Shown here: positions 1 to 8,367 of the stretch, one piece after another
Numbering within the stretch: the first letter of the stretch is position 1
Layout: every line of letters starts with the position of its first letter
Source: Acaryochloris marina MBIC11017
GTDB lineage: Bacteria > Cyanobacteriota > Cyanobacteriia > Thermosynechococcales > Thermosynechococcaceae
Direction of reading: 5' to 3'
Assembly (NCBI RefSeq): GCF_000018105.1
Contig: NC_009925.1
Location: 3,450,001 to 3,482,000, forward strand
Length of the DNA stretch: 32,000 bases
Program-made: the position numbers and the translations under genes
Notes under the pieces: generated by a model
The model's database searches: none
The model's input: the letters and a program-made list of their open reading frames with translations, nothing else
What the model was told of the DNA's origin: nothing

Positions 1-875
1 CGTTTAGTGTGCGACAGCCTAGCTATCAGTTCACAGATTTGGCCTATGGACCCCTAGGGGATGAAGTCTTATTCTCGCCCCGCGTCGCGCCAGCTGTGTT
101 TGGCCTGGGTTTGTTAGAGACGGTTCCCAAAGCAGAGATTTTAAAACAAGCGGATCCGGAAGATCAAGATGGCGATGGTATTTCAGGTCGCCCCAATTAT
201 GTTTGGGATTTTGCCAAGCAAGAAAAACAATTAGGAATTTTGGGCTGGAAAGCCAATCAACCTAATTTAAAACAGCAAATTGCAGGGGCCTTTAATGGGG
301 ATATTGGTCTCACCACCTCCCTGTTCCCTAAACCCAGCTGTAATGAAGGCCAAGCGGATTGTCTAAAAGAGCTCAAATTTGGTGAACAGCCGGAAGTCAG
401 CGACGTATTTTTGGATAAAATTACCACCTATATGCGTTTGCTGGCGGTGCCTGCCAGACGCAATCTTGAAGGTGTCTCAGAACAACGGGGTGAAAAGCTG
501 TTTTACCAAGCGCAATGTGCCAGTTGCCACACACCCAAGCTAGTGACGGGCCAGACCTCGGAGCATCCAGAATTCAACAATCAGGTGATTTATCCTTATA
601 CGGACTTGCTGCTCCATGATATGGGGTCAGGGTTAACCGATAATCGTCCCGACTTCGAAGCCGAAGGGCAAGAATGGCGCACACCACCCTTGTGGGGAAT
701 TGGCTTAGTTAAAAACGTCAATAAGCATACGTTTTTCCTCCATGATGGTCGGGCGCGGGACTTGATGGAGGCGGTTCTCTGGCATGGAGGAGAAGCCCAA
801 GCGTCGAAGGAGGCGGTTCTTCAGTTGTCTGAACCGGAGCGGACTGACCTGATGGCCTTTTTGCAATCTCTCTAG
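1..875 (+). CDS. Di-haem cytochrome c peroxidase-like oxidoreductase (DUF1111 / thiol oxidoreductase family), C-terminal part; 5-prime end is outside the window
   Basis: The frame of ORF 9..875 stays open back to base 3, so the gene is cut by the window edge. A haem-binding CxxCH motif (CASCH) is encoded at 516..530. The C-terminal block FFLHDGRARDLMEAVLWHGGEA is typical of this CCP/MauG-like family. A strong terminator follows. Confidence 0.7.
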   Translation, partial: FSVRQPSYQFTDLAYGPLGDEVLFSPRVAPAVFGLGLLETVPKAEILKQADPEDQDGDGISGRPNYVWDFAKQEKQLGILGWKANQPNLKQQIAGAFNGDIGLTTSLFPKPSCNEGQADCLKELKFGEQPEVSDVFLDKITTYMRLLAVPARRNLEGVSEQRGEKLFYQAQCASCHTPKLVTGQTSEHPEFNNQVIYPYTDLLLHDMGSGLTDNRPDFEAEGQEWRTPPLWGIGLVKNVNKHTFFLHDGRARDLMEAVLWHGGEAQASKEAVLQLSEPERTDLMAFLQSL

Positions 876-894
876 TCCTCTTCCATCCATTTCT

Positions 895-936
895 AGCCCA
901 CAAGCGTTACTAACGCTTGTGGGCTGCCGCTTTTTT
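895..936 (+). terminator. Rho-independent terminator downstream of the di-haem oxidoreductase gene
   Basis: Perfect 14-bp stem agcccacaagcgtt (895-908) / aacgcttgtgggct (912-925) with a 3-nt loop. After gccgc comes a run of six T (931-936), 20 nt past the stop codon. Confidence 0.85.
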
Positions 937-1200
937 GGCCAGCAGTGCTTTGCCGAAAAAAGATAGGGGGATGTAAAAATCTGGTGTTTGCAATAGCGCC
1001 ATTTGAGGCTAGAAAGTTCTATTTTTTTCTACTTACTCTGAGCCAAATTTCTACTTAAGTTGACCTAGTTTTAGACTGACATGCTTGCCATCATATTGAA
1101 CACTAACTTTGGGGGAAATGCAGGTCTCATTTGCCGAAATATGACTACTAGAGCCCCAAAAGGCTTGCTTATCTCAAGTTAGTTTATTGGATATAAGCCT

Positions 1201-1785
1201 ATGACTGCTGTGCACGCTACTTCGTTCAGCCCCACGCAGGATTGTTTACAACTCAAGCCCAAACAAGTGATTCCCGATGAGTCTGCAGGATATCTGTGGT
1301 GTATTGAGCAAGGTGTTGTTCGTACGGTCACTTGGGATGATGAAGGGGATTTAGTCACTTTAGGACTATGGGGGGTTGGAGATTGTATTGGGCAACGCTT
1401 TACCAGCATGGCCCCCTTTCAAATGGAAAGTGTCAGTGATGTTCAAGTGCGAGCGGTTCCAGTCTCCAGTCAAGAGCTGGGATTAGTACTGCGATCGCAT
1501 ATTCGTTTCATGGAGGATCTCTTCCTCATTAATAGCTATAAACTCGCTCCCCAGCGCCTGCTTCATTTCTTAACCTGGTTGAGCCATCGATTTGGTCAGC
1601 CGGTGGAGCAAGGGCAACTCCTGGATATTGGCCTGACCCATCAACTGATTGCTGAGCTTACCGGGATTAATCGAATTACGGCCACGCGCTTACTGAATGA
1701 ATTGGAACGAGAGGGACAGTTGATCCGACTTCCTAAGCAACGAATTATTTTATCGTCTACAGGTTTGGGCAGAGCCCTGGGCTGA
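1201..1785 (+). CDS. Crp/Fnr-family transcriptional regulator
   Basis: 194-aa ORF. N-terminal beta-roll-like region (GYLWCIEQGVVRTVTWDDEGDLVTLGLWGVGDCIG) and a C-terminal helix-turn-helix (LTHQLIAELTGINRITATRLLNELEREGQL) characteristic of the Crp/Fnr family. Confidence 0.75.
   Translation: MTAVHATSFSPTQDCLQLKPKQVIPDESAGYLWCIEQGVVRTVTWDDEGDLVTLGLWGVGDCIGQRFTSMAPFQMESVSDVQVRAVPVSSQELGLVLRSHIRFMEDLFLINSYKLAPQRLLHFLTWLSHRFGQPVEQGQLLDIGLTHQLIAELTGINRITATRLLNELEREGQLIRLPKQRIILSSTGLGRALG
1491..1498. repeat. HIP1 octamer GCGATCGC
   Basis: Exact palindromic GCGATCGC, inside the Crp-family CDS. Confidence 0.9.
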
Positions 1786-1985
1786 ATTAAAAGTTTGATA
1801 AGGATTGAGCCTCGCAACTAATCTGGCCACTGGTTTGCTGATCTCAGTCTTTGAATCATTCCAGAATTTATGCTTTGACGTCCAACTGTTCATTTTGTAT
1901 GCCAATTTTCAAGTTGTTTCAATGCCCCTATAAAATTCATCGCTATACCGTATGTGACAGTCCCCCCAACTTTGTGATTAATGTG

Positions 1986-2171
1986 ATGGAGAATCGAACG
2001 AACTACTACTCCATGACTGCTCAAGGGTCCCATATTCGCCCCGGTGACTATAATGAGATTATGCAACCTGATCAATGGGTGACCTACCAGGTCGATACCA
2101 TTGAGTATTACAGTGCCCCGTCTGATATGTGGATTGCCGTCTTACATCGGTTGTCTAATGCCTTATTCTAG
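1986..2171 (+). CDS. Hypothetical small protein (61 aa), weakly supported
   Basis: First ATG inside ORF 1851..2171. The upstream part of that ORF is AT-rich and looks like promoter sequence (ttcaag-15 nt-tataaa at 1908-1934). No recognisable family and no clear SD. Confidence 0.25.
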   Translation: MENRTNYYSMTAQGSHIRPGDYNEIMQPDQWVTYQVDTIEYYSAPSDMWIAVLHRLSNALF

Positions 2172-2191
2172 GGGCGAGTTCTAGGGGCGAG
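2166..2191. repeat. Perfect tandem duplication of a 13-nt unit (ttctaggggcgag x2)
   Basis: Copies at 2166-2178 and 2179-2191 are identical. The repeat lies between convergent ORFs and overlaps the TAG stop at 2169-2171. Confidence 0.9.
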
Positions 2192-2207
2192 CCCTGTCCT
2201 CTAACCT

Positions 2208-3041
2208 CTATCGCTTAACTTTGTGGGCAGTGGGGATATACTGCAGAAATCGTTCTGCAGGAATGGCCCAACTGGACTGCTGCATCACTTGATATTCAGC
2301 AGGCTTGGGTTTTGAACCATCTATAAAAATGTAAGGGTCACCCCAGAGGGGGTAGGCATGCATTCCATTGATCGCAATCACCTGCCCCCAACGATTTAAG
2401 ACAGGGCCACCACTCATTCCTTTCTGGATGGGATTGGTATAGCCAATCTGATAACCACCCTGCAATACCCGATCAGAGATCAGAGAGACCTGTCCTGAGG
2501 TGAAGCGAAATTGAGGTTGGTTGGCTGAGGCTTGAGCAATGGGAAATCCGGCTGCAAAAACAGGAACTCCGGGGACTAGTGACAAAGAGGGAGCGAACCG
2601 AGCGACGGGATAAGCAACGTTAGGACTCTGAAATTCTAGTACCGCCAGATCGTTCTTTTCCTGGTTTGGGGATGGCCTTAGATCGGCGCCATAACGCTGC
2701 CCATCTGCCAGCACCACTTGATAGCGTTTGCCAACGGCGACGACATGCTGATTCGTGATCACCGTGTAGGTCTGACCTTGGCGATGGACTAAAATCCCAG
2801 AACTCCATCGATCATCTACCCACACCGTTACGGTGATGGTTCGCGCATAACGGCGTAACCGTTCAACCGAGACGGGGTGCGGTTCAGTCTTCGCAGGAGC
2901 TGCGAGCAACGGCACCCCAGGGACTTGAGCACAAAGTTCAGCACTAGGGGGTATGCCCGGTAGCCATAGCGCTATGGTGCATAAGGAGTACAGACTTAAC
3001 GTGGGGACCATGCTATCTAATTGCTTTACGTCCTGATTCAT
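2208..3041 (-). CDS. Secreted trypsin-like serine protease (S1 family, DegP/HtrA-like protease domain without PDZ)
   Basis: Catalytic triad motifs occur in order: TNQHVV (His), NDLAVLEF (Asp), GMSGGPVL (Ser). The N-terminus is hydrophobic and signal-like (MVPTLSLYSLCTIALWLPG). Start is ambiguous: ATG at 3041 chosen, ATG at 3011 and TTG at 3059 are also possible. Confidence 0.8.
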   Translation of the reverse strand: MNQDVKQLDSMVPTLSLYSLCTIALWLPGIPPSAELCAQVPGVPLLAAPAKTEPHPVSVERLRRYARTITVTVWVDDRWSSGILVHRQGQTYTVITNQHVVAVGKRYQVVLADGQRYGADLRPSPNQEKNDLAVLEFQSPNVAYPVARFAPSLSLVPGVPVFAAGFPIAQASANQPQFRFTSGQVSLISDRVLQGGYQIGYTNPIQKGMSGGPVLNRWGQVIAINGMHAYPLWGDPYIFIDGSKPKPAEYQVMQQSSWAIPAERFLQYIPTAHKVKR

Positions 3042-3228
3042 GATCCATATTGATAGCAATCATACGCTAGTGGTCATCGTCGGTGGGTTGATGGTCTAAG
3101 GCTATGCTGTATGACCTGCTGTATCCAGCGTGAATCTCAGAACATTTGCTAGTAACAACCTGATTGCTCTTGCCCATAACTGCCTTCACCAGCGCTGCGT
3201 GTTAGGGGTACGACACCTGAATAAGAGA

Positions 3229-3283
3229 AAATTCAGGCTAATGCTGGCTTGAGAAGCTCTCTTGCTCAGGTTAGCCTGAATTT
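3229..3283 (-). terminator. Putative terminator hairpin downstream of the COP23 gene
   Basis: 13-bp perfect inverted repeat aaattcaggctaa (3229-3241) / ttagcctgaattt (3271-3283) with a 29-nt loop. On the minus strand a T-rich tract follows (ttttctcttatt). It lies 57 nt after the COP23 stop. Confidence 0.45.
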
Positions 3284-3339
3284 ATAGTTGTTATCTAAAT
3301 CATTCGTTCCCAACCGGCATGGACCAAAGATTTAGAGGT

Positions 3340-3945
3340 TTACCACAATCCCAAAGGCTTAGTCGCGGCAGGGGTGGTTGTAGAGCTTGGAGTCGTGGAT
3401 TCAATTTTGGGTTGAGGGGTGCTTTGGGTTGCCCCTGCTTCTTTCTCAACCGGTGCCTTACTCAAGAAATCTTCCATGTCAATATAAACGCGGGCCGTAG
3501 ACTCATTCAGAGGCCCTGATGCACCGACTCGAACGCTAAGGAGCTGTTGCAAGGTTCGCCCAGGATTGCTGCCTGGCTTGAGGGTAAACAATAAACCACT
3601 GCAAGGACCCCCGTTATAGTTCGCGACACAAACGACAGACTGGCGATTCATCCGACCGGTGGTCAGGAAATTCAGGGTGTCCTTTTGATAATAGGAGTTG
3701 AAGCGATCCGTAACCTCGGCACAGCGAGCTTCTGGGGACCAACCGGAAGCGCCAAAATATTCAGAGGTCCAGCGAATGACGGGTACATAACCTCGCTTGG
3801 TTTTTGCCATGGTAGTAGGGGTGCCACTGCCTAGGGCACAACTAAATCGTGCTTCACCGGCTTGTGCAGGTTGAGCTCCCATAACCAAGGTTGCACCAGC
3901 CACGACGGACAACGCAATCATAGATGTGATCTGGTGGCGCTTCAT
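3340..3945 (-). CDS. COP23 (circadian oscillating protein 23) domain protein, secreted
   Basis: Signal peptide MKRHQITSMIALSVVAGATLVMGAQPAQA. The conserved pattern FSC...GTPTTMA...VPVIRWTSEYFGASGWSPEARCAEVTDRFNSYY...VCVANYNGGPC matches my memory of the cyanobacterial COP23 family. Confidence 0.65.
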   Translation of the reverse strand: MKRHQITSMIALSVVAGATLVMGAQPAQAGEARFSCALGSGTPTTMAKTKRGYVPVIRWTSEYFGASGWSPEARCAEVTDRFNSYYQKDTLNFLTTGRMNRQSVVCVANYNGGPCSGLLFTLKPGSNPGRTLQQLLSVRVGASGPLNESTARVYIDMEDFLSKAPVEKEAGATQSTPQPKIESTTPSSTTTPAATKPLGLW

Positions 3946-4220
3946 AATGCCTTCAAAGCCTCATTGAACGTAAGAGTTACAATTCAGGTATATCACTCCT
4001 GTCCTTAGTATTGCAAAACCCAGATCACAGCTTACTTCCCTCTGAGATCACACCGTTTTGGTTCAAGGCTTATGCCAACCGCTCTCTGCCCTTTAATTTT
4101 CTACGTCAAACCTTTAAATAAGTTACAGAAATATCAAATTTATACCCAATTAGTTAAAACAATGCCTGATGGATGGCTTGAGCAATCATCAGAAAGAACG
4201 GTTTGCCATTGCTGGATTAG

Positions 4221-5201
4221 ATGACTGTGGAGGAGATTATGCAAGGGCTTTGGTTAGAAAACAATCAGCTTCGGCATCGCACGGATTTGCCGTTGCCTCA
4301 ACCTCATGTGGATGAAGCCTTGGTCCGAGTGCGACAAGCAGGCATTTGTAATACCGATCTGGAGTTAATCAAGGGCTATTACCCCTATACCGGTATTCTG
4401 GGCCATGAATTTGTTGGTCAGGTCGAACAGGGACCTGCTCATTTGCAAGGCAAGCGAGTGGTCGGTGAAATCAATGCAGCCTGTGGCAACTGCGACTATT
4501 GTCGTCGTCATTTATCGACCCACTGTGAACAACGGTCTGTTTTAGGTATCGTCAATCGTCATGGGGCTTTTGCCGAATATTTAACGTTACCCGTTGAGAA
4601 TCTCCATCCCGTTCCCGATCATCTTCCCGATCAAGTGGTTACGTTTACGGAACCTCTCGCAGCAGCCTTAGAGATTCAGGAACAAATCGCCATCACTCCT
4701 TCCCACCAGGTGCTGGTTGTCGGTGATGGCAAGCTGGGGCAGCTGGTTGCCCAAACCTTAGCGCTGACGGGATGTCAACTCTTTGTCGTGGGGCGTCATG
4801 CCGAGAAATTAGCGAATCTCTCAGCCCGAAAGATTGCAACTGGCTTTGAACCTGATCTCCAGGCACAGCTGCGGTCTTTTGATATTGCCGTTGAATGTAC
4901 AGGTAATCCTCAAGGGTTTGACCTGGCGCGTAAAGCTCTGCGTCCCCGAGGAACGTTAGTACTCAAAAGTACCTATGCCGAGCATTTAACCATTGATGCG
5001 GCTGCTATCGTCGTCGATGAGCTGACCGTGTTGGGATCTCGCTGTGGCCCTTTTGCCAAGGCTTTAGATCTATTGGACCAGTCAGCAGTAGATGTCACCT
5101 CTCTGATCCAAACCACCTTTCCCTTGTCTCAGGGCATTCAAGCGTTTGAAGTGGCGCAACAGCGCGGTACCCAAAAGGTTTTGTTATCGATGAACGACTA
5201 G
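4221..5201 (+). CDS. Zinc-dependent alcohol dehydrogenase family (MDR) oxidoreductase
   Basis: Catalytic-Zn region GICNTD...GHEFVG, structural-Zn cluster CGNCDYCRRHLSTHC (Cx2Cx2Cx7C) and Rossmann motif VVGDGKLG. An alternative start ATG lies at 4239. Confidence 0.85.
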   Translation: MTVEEIMQGLWLENNQLRHRTDLPLPQPHVDEALVRVRQAGICNTDLELIKGYYPYTGILGHEFVGQVEQGPAHLQGKRVVGEINAACGNCDYCRRHLSTHCEQRSVLGIVNRHGAFAEYLTLPVENLHPVPDHLPDQVVTFTEPLAAALEIQEQIAITPSHQVLVVGDGKLGQLVAQTLALTGCQLFVVGRHAEKLANLSARKIATGFEPDLQAQLRSFDIAVECTGNPQGFDLARKALRPRGTLVLKSTYAEHLTIDAAAIVVDELTVLGSRCGPFAKALDLLDQSAVDVTSLIQTTFPLSQGIQAFEVAQQRGTQKVLLSMND

Positions 5202-5203
5202 AG

Positions 5204-5232
5204 GCGAATGGCTTGTCCCATCGTCGCTTTTT
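5204..5232 (+). terminator. Putative rho-independent terminator after the dehydrogenase gene
   Basis: Stem gcgaatgg (5204-5211) pairs with ccat..tcgc (5218-5227), giving 8 bp with a 2-nt bulge and a 6-nt loop. T5 follows at 5228-5232. Confidence 0.45.
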
Positions 5233-5253
5233 AGGTCGCCACGATTACGGTAT

Positions 5254-6420
5254 TTATAGCTGTAAGCGGACATTCTCGCCTTTGACCCAGCCTTGAGCCG
5301 TTGGCTTATCTTGCACTTTGACTGAATACCAAGCATAGCCATTGTTGCCCTTGGTCTGTTTCAAAACCTCTACGGTTTGACCTGAGATGCCGCGAAGGGG
5401 CAACGCTGTTTCCTCAGCGGGCTGGGCATAAAAAGAAATGATCTGGCCTGGGGAAGCGCTCAACTTAGCCGCTTTGGGTTGAGTATAGCTCACCAGCCAT
5501 CTCACCTGATCGCCTCGAACCCACCCTTTGGCCTCGGCATTATCGAGAAACTGAACGTTGTACCAAGCCAATCCATCTTCGCCTTTGACCATTTTGAGGA
5601 GTTCAACGTTCTGGCCAGAACTAGCCCGATACTGAGTGGCGGTTTGCTGAGCTGGGGTCGTTTTGAGAGCGACAAATACACCAGGGGGGGACGTGATAGC
5701 ACCTGGATTTTTAGGCGGAGCGGCTGTGCTTTGAGGCTGAGATTGTTGAGTGCGGACTTTGACAAAGTCACCGCGCATCCACCCTTCTGCTCCCAATCGA
5801 GTGAATTTCAGTTTGTACCAAGTATAGGAATCTTTGCCCAAGGTTTGCTTTAAAACCTCAGCAGGCTCCCCTGACTTAACGGCTAGCAAAGATTTTGAGT
5901 CAGTAGTGGGTTCCTCGCGGACATTAATGGCAACGTCTGCGTCCTTGGCAATCACCTCTGCCGTTCGTGGGGTTTTAACAACCGGAGCAGCTAGAGGTTT
6001 TCCTTTAGGTGCTGAGGGTGTTGCTGGCGTTGAGGGCTTAGAGGGTTTTGAAGGGGACTCAGGGGTCGGTGAAGGCGACGAGGTAGGTGGAGTCGGGGAC
6101 TGGGCTGCGGCAGGGGGTGGACCCTCTATCACCCGTAATGAAGCTTCAGGAATCCAATGGTCGCCTACTTTTAACCAAATTTGCCCTTCATTGCTAAAAA
6201 CGCGCAGGGTTGGATTGAGAATGACCCCAGCTTTATATTCTCCAATCACTTCCCCAGAGTTTCTGGGCTGGGCAAAAATGCTGGCCCCCCCTGGCTTCAC
6301 TTGCACCGTTTTGGGATAGGTCAGGGTTTCGGCTTGGCTATGTCTAATGGGAAGCACACCCGCGAGAACCATGACTGTTCCGCTTAGTAGTGCTGTGGAT
6401 ACCGATTTGAAACGCATCAT
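5254..6420 (-). CDS. Secreted SH3b-repeat protein with a Pro/Ser/Thr-rich linker
   Basis: Signal peptide MMRFKSVSTALLSGTVMVLAGVLP. Three clear internal repeats end in W-Y-x-[LV]-[KQ]...[AQ][EK]GW[MV][RK]G[DE]xV (WYKLKF..GWMRGDFVKV, WYNVQF..GWVRGDQVRW, WYSVKV..GWVKGENVRL), plus a more divergent N-terminal copy. Linker: PPPAAAQSPTPPTSSPSPTPESPSKPSKPSTPATPSAPKGKP. Confidence 0.75.
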   Translation of the reverse strand: MMRFKSVSTALLSGTVMVLAGVLPIRHSQAETLTYPKTVQVKPGGASIFAQPRNSGEVIGEYKAGVILNPTLRVFSNEGQIWLKVGDHWIPEASLRVIEGPPPAAAQSPTPPTSSPSPTPESPSKPSKPSTPATPSAPKGKPLAAPVVKTPRTAEVIAKDADVAINVREEPTTDSKSLLAVKSGEPAEVLKQTLGKDSYTWYKLKFTRLGAEGWMRGDFVKVRTQQSQPQSTAAPPKNPGAITSPPGVFVALKTTPAQQTATQYRASSGQNVELLKMVKGEDGLAWYNVQFLDNAEAKGWVRGDQVRWLVSYTQPKAAKLSASPGQIISFYAQPAEETALPLRGISGQTVEVLKQTKGNNGYAWYSVKVQDKPTAQGWVKGENVRLQL

Positions 6421-6549
6421 CAGAGCCGCTCCTTACTCTTGCAAACCTGACACAAAAGTCAGTCTGTCAAACTTTTAGAAAAGTTCCTAAAGAAGCACTA
6501 GAACTATTTATCTTTCTGATCGATTTTGCTGAAACGGACCTGGTCGCGT

Positions 6550-7311
6550 TTATTCGCTGACTTCTGCGGGAAACCAACTGGCTCGCCAAGCTGCTGTGGC
6601 TTCAGCAACGGTCTTTTCTCGTTGCTTTTTGGTAAACGCTTCCTGTAAGGTTTTTAGCTCTTGCCACAGCTGACGGAGTTGATGTCGTTCATTCATGACT
6701 TCCGCGTCGTTAAATTCTAAATCTGATAATTGCAGGAAAATCGCCACTACTGGTTCTGAGCTGTCTTCAGGGGAGTCGTTCTGATCGTCCATGAGCGCTT
6801 TGATTAAATGGGGAGCGCTGGTGATCGGTCGCCCCTGTTCAGCTGCTTTTCTGGCAATATCAAACAGCAAATCCATGGAGTTGATGTTAACAATGTCATA
6901 TTCTTGTAAGCATTCATTGGCCTGCTGGGAAATTTGGCGCAAAGCGTCTAGAATCGCCTGTTCCATATCTTGCAAGAGATGCGATAAATGCTCAGGATCC
7001 ACACTCTCATGCTGAGTGACATCGGTTAAGGGTTGAGTAACGGCTTTTAGCGTTTCCTGTAATTTGGTGCCCAGCCGCTGCACCTCTTGTTGCAGGGTTT
7101 GTTGCTGATTCAAAGACAGTTTTAAAAAGCTAGCTGGATTTACCTGGGTACAGAGATGATAGCTAGCCTGAATGAGCTTCTGGGAGACGGCAGGGCCAAG
7201 CAGGGTTAAATACTGCCCATACTGCTCATGCACTTTGTGAGTTAATTCAACGGTTTTTTTATCCAGTTGATCAAGGCTTTGCTGAATTTGCGTAATTTCT
7301 GGGACCATCAT
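6550..7311 (-). CDS. Hypothetical protein, Gln/Leu-rich and probably coiled-coil; no family recognised
   Basis: Long ORF with housekeeping-like composition. Start is uncertain: ATG at 7311 (MMVPEITQIQQ...) chosen, with ATG at 7365 and TTG at 7401 also in frame. Confidence 0.6.
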   Translation of the reverse strand: MMVPEITQIQQSLDQLDKKTVELTHKVHEQYGQYLTLLGPAVSQKLIQASYHLCTQVNPASFLKLSLNQQQTLQQEVQRLGTKLQETLKAVTQPLTDVTQHESVDPEHLSHLLQDMEQAILDALRQISQQANECLQEYDIVNINSMDLLFDIARKAAEQGRPITSAPHLIKALMDDQNDSPEDSSEPVVAIFLQLSDLEFNDAEVMNERHQLRQLWQELKTLQEAFTKKQREKTVAEATAAWRASWFPAEVSE

Positions 7312-7355
7312 TACCAATCGGCGCGTAGCCACTAAGATAACGAGAATCGCAGGTT

Positions 7356-7363
7356 GCGATCGC
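7356..7363. repeat. HIP1 octamer GCGATCGC
   Basis: Exact GCGATCGC in the ambiguous 5-prime region of the 6550..7401 ORF. Confidence 0.9.
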
Positions 7364-7509
7364 ATCGTTATGCAATTGTACCCAGCTTCAATTAAGACCA
7401 AATATCAATCGCTGGATTATTTCACGTTGAGGAGCTAGATATCACTTTTTTACGATGGTAGCAGCCTCAAAAATGGAACGGCGGGCAGCACGCTATAATC
7501 GCTTAAACT

Positions 7510-7537
7510 AAAAAGGTAGACCTTGGTCTACCTTTTT
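7510..7537 (-). terminator. Rho-independent terminator after tsf (symmetrical A5-stem-T5)
   Basis: aaaaa ggtagacc tt ggtctacc ttttt. The 8-nt complementary arms are 7515-7522 and 7525-7532, flanked by A5 and T5, and begin 7 nt past the tsf stop on the minus strand. Confidence 0.75.
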
Positions 7538-7544
7538 AGTTTGT

Positions 7545-8264
7545 TTACTTCTTCTTACCTTTTTTCTTCTTAGAAGTAGCCTTTTTGGCCGCAGGTTTCT
7601 CTTCTGCTTTAGGCTTAGTTTGGGCTGCCACTTCTTCGGCTAAGTTAGACTCAACTTTATCAATGCCTTCGCCTAGGACAAAGCGAGTAAAGCGACGAAC
7701 CTTCATGTTCTCGCCCAGCTTAGAAATAGCCTGCTGCAGCAGTTCTTGGACTGTGATGCTTTGGTCTTTGATATAGGGTTGATGCAAGAGACATAGTTCT
7801 TTTAAGGTCTTATCTAACTTGCCTTGGACAATTTTTTCTTTAATATTGTCGGGCTTACCCTTAAGGGCGTCAGAGCCCATGGCCACTGCCTTCTCTTTTT
7901 CCACAAAATCCTGAGGGATTTCATCGGTATCAACATACTGGACATTGGGGCAAGCGGCGATTTGCTTGGCAATGTCTTGTACCAGCTCTTTAAAGGCTTC
8001 GTTGCGGGCTACAAAATCTGTTTCACAGTTGACTTCGACCAACACACCAATTTGACCACCGAAGTGGATGTAGCTATCAACGAGTCCTTCAGCGGTGACG
8101 CGACCGGACTTTTTACCCGCCTGGGAGAGGCCTTTTTTGCGCAGATAGGCAATGGCTTTTTCTTGATCGCCATCATTTTCTTGCAAGGCTTTCTTGCAGT
8201 CCATCATCCCTGCGCCAGTTTTATCACGCAGTTCTTTAACATCTTTTGCTGATATTGCTGCCAT
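7545..8264 (-). CDS. tsf: Translation elongation factor Ts
   Basis: N-terminal UBA-like motif [25 protein letters not shown], then [15 protein letters not shown]. Sits immediately downstream of rpsB, the conserved gene order. Carries a Lys-rich C-terminal tail. Confidence 0.95.
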   Translation of the reverse strand: MAAISAKDVKELRDKTGAGMMDCKKALQENDGDQEKAIAYLRKKGLSQAGKKSGRVTAEGLVDSYIHFGGQIGVLVEVNCETDFVARNEAFKELVQDIAKQIAACPNVQYVDTDEIPQDFVEKEKAVAMGSDALKGKPDNIKEKIVQGKLDKTLKELCLLHQPYIKDQSITVQELLQQAISKLGENMKVRRFTRFVLGEGIDKVESNLAEEVAAQTKPKAEEKPAAKKATSKKKKGKKK

Positions 8265-8318
8265 GGTCTTTTCTCGGTGTATCTATGATGGTGTTTATCT
8301 TGAAGCTAAAACGTTAAG

Positions 8319-8358
8319 GGACATCTAAGAGCGAACAGTAGGCGTCCCTTAGATGTCC
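8319..8358 (-). promoter_or_regulatory. Intercistronic rpsB-tsf stem-loop
   Basis: 11-bp perfect stem ggacatctaag (8319-8329) / cttagatgtcc (8348-8358) with an 18-nt loop, starting 10 nt after the rpsB stop. An alternative pairing aaggga (8315-8320) / tccctt (8345-8350) overlaps it. Confidence 0.5.
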
Positions 8359-8367
8359 AGCAGGGTT

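Noticed and set aside
949-1139. 10-nt direct repeat tttgccgaaa at 949-958 and 1130-1139, upstream of the Crp-family gene
   Set aside because: By my rough estimate a single 10-mer recurrence within about 325 nt has a chance probability of around 5 percent. It has no dyad symmetry and no further copies.
5479-6319. Two plus-strand ORFs (5479..5853 and 5834..6319) inside the SH3b gene
   Set aside because: They are antisense shadows of a repeat- and Pro-rich gene. The minus-strand frame has a signal peptide and coherent SH3b repeats.
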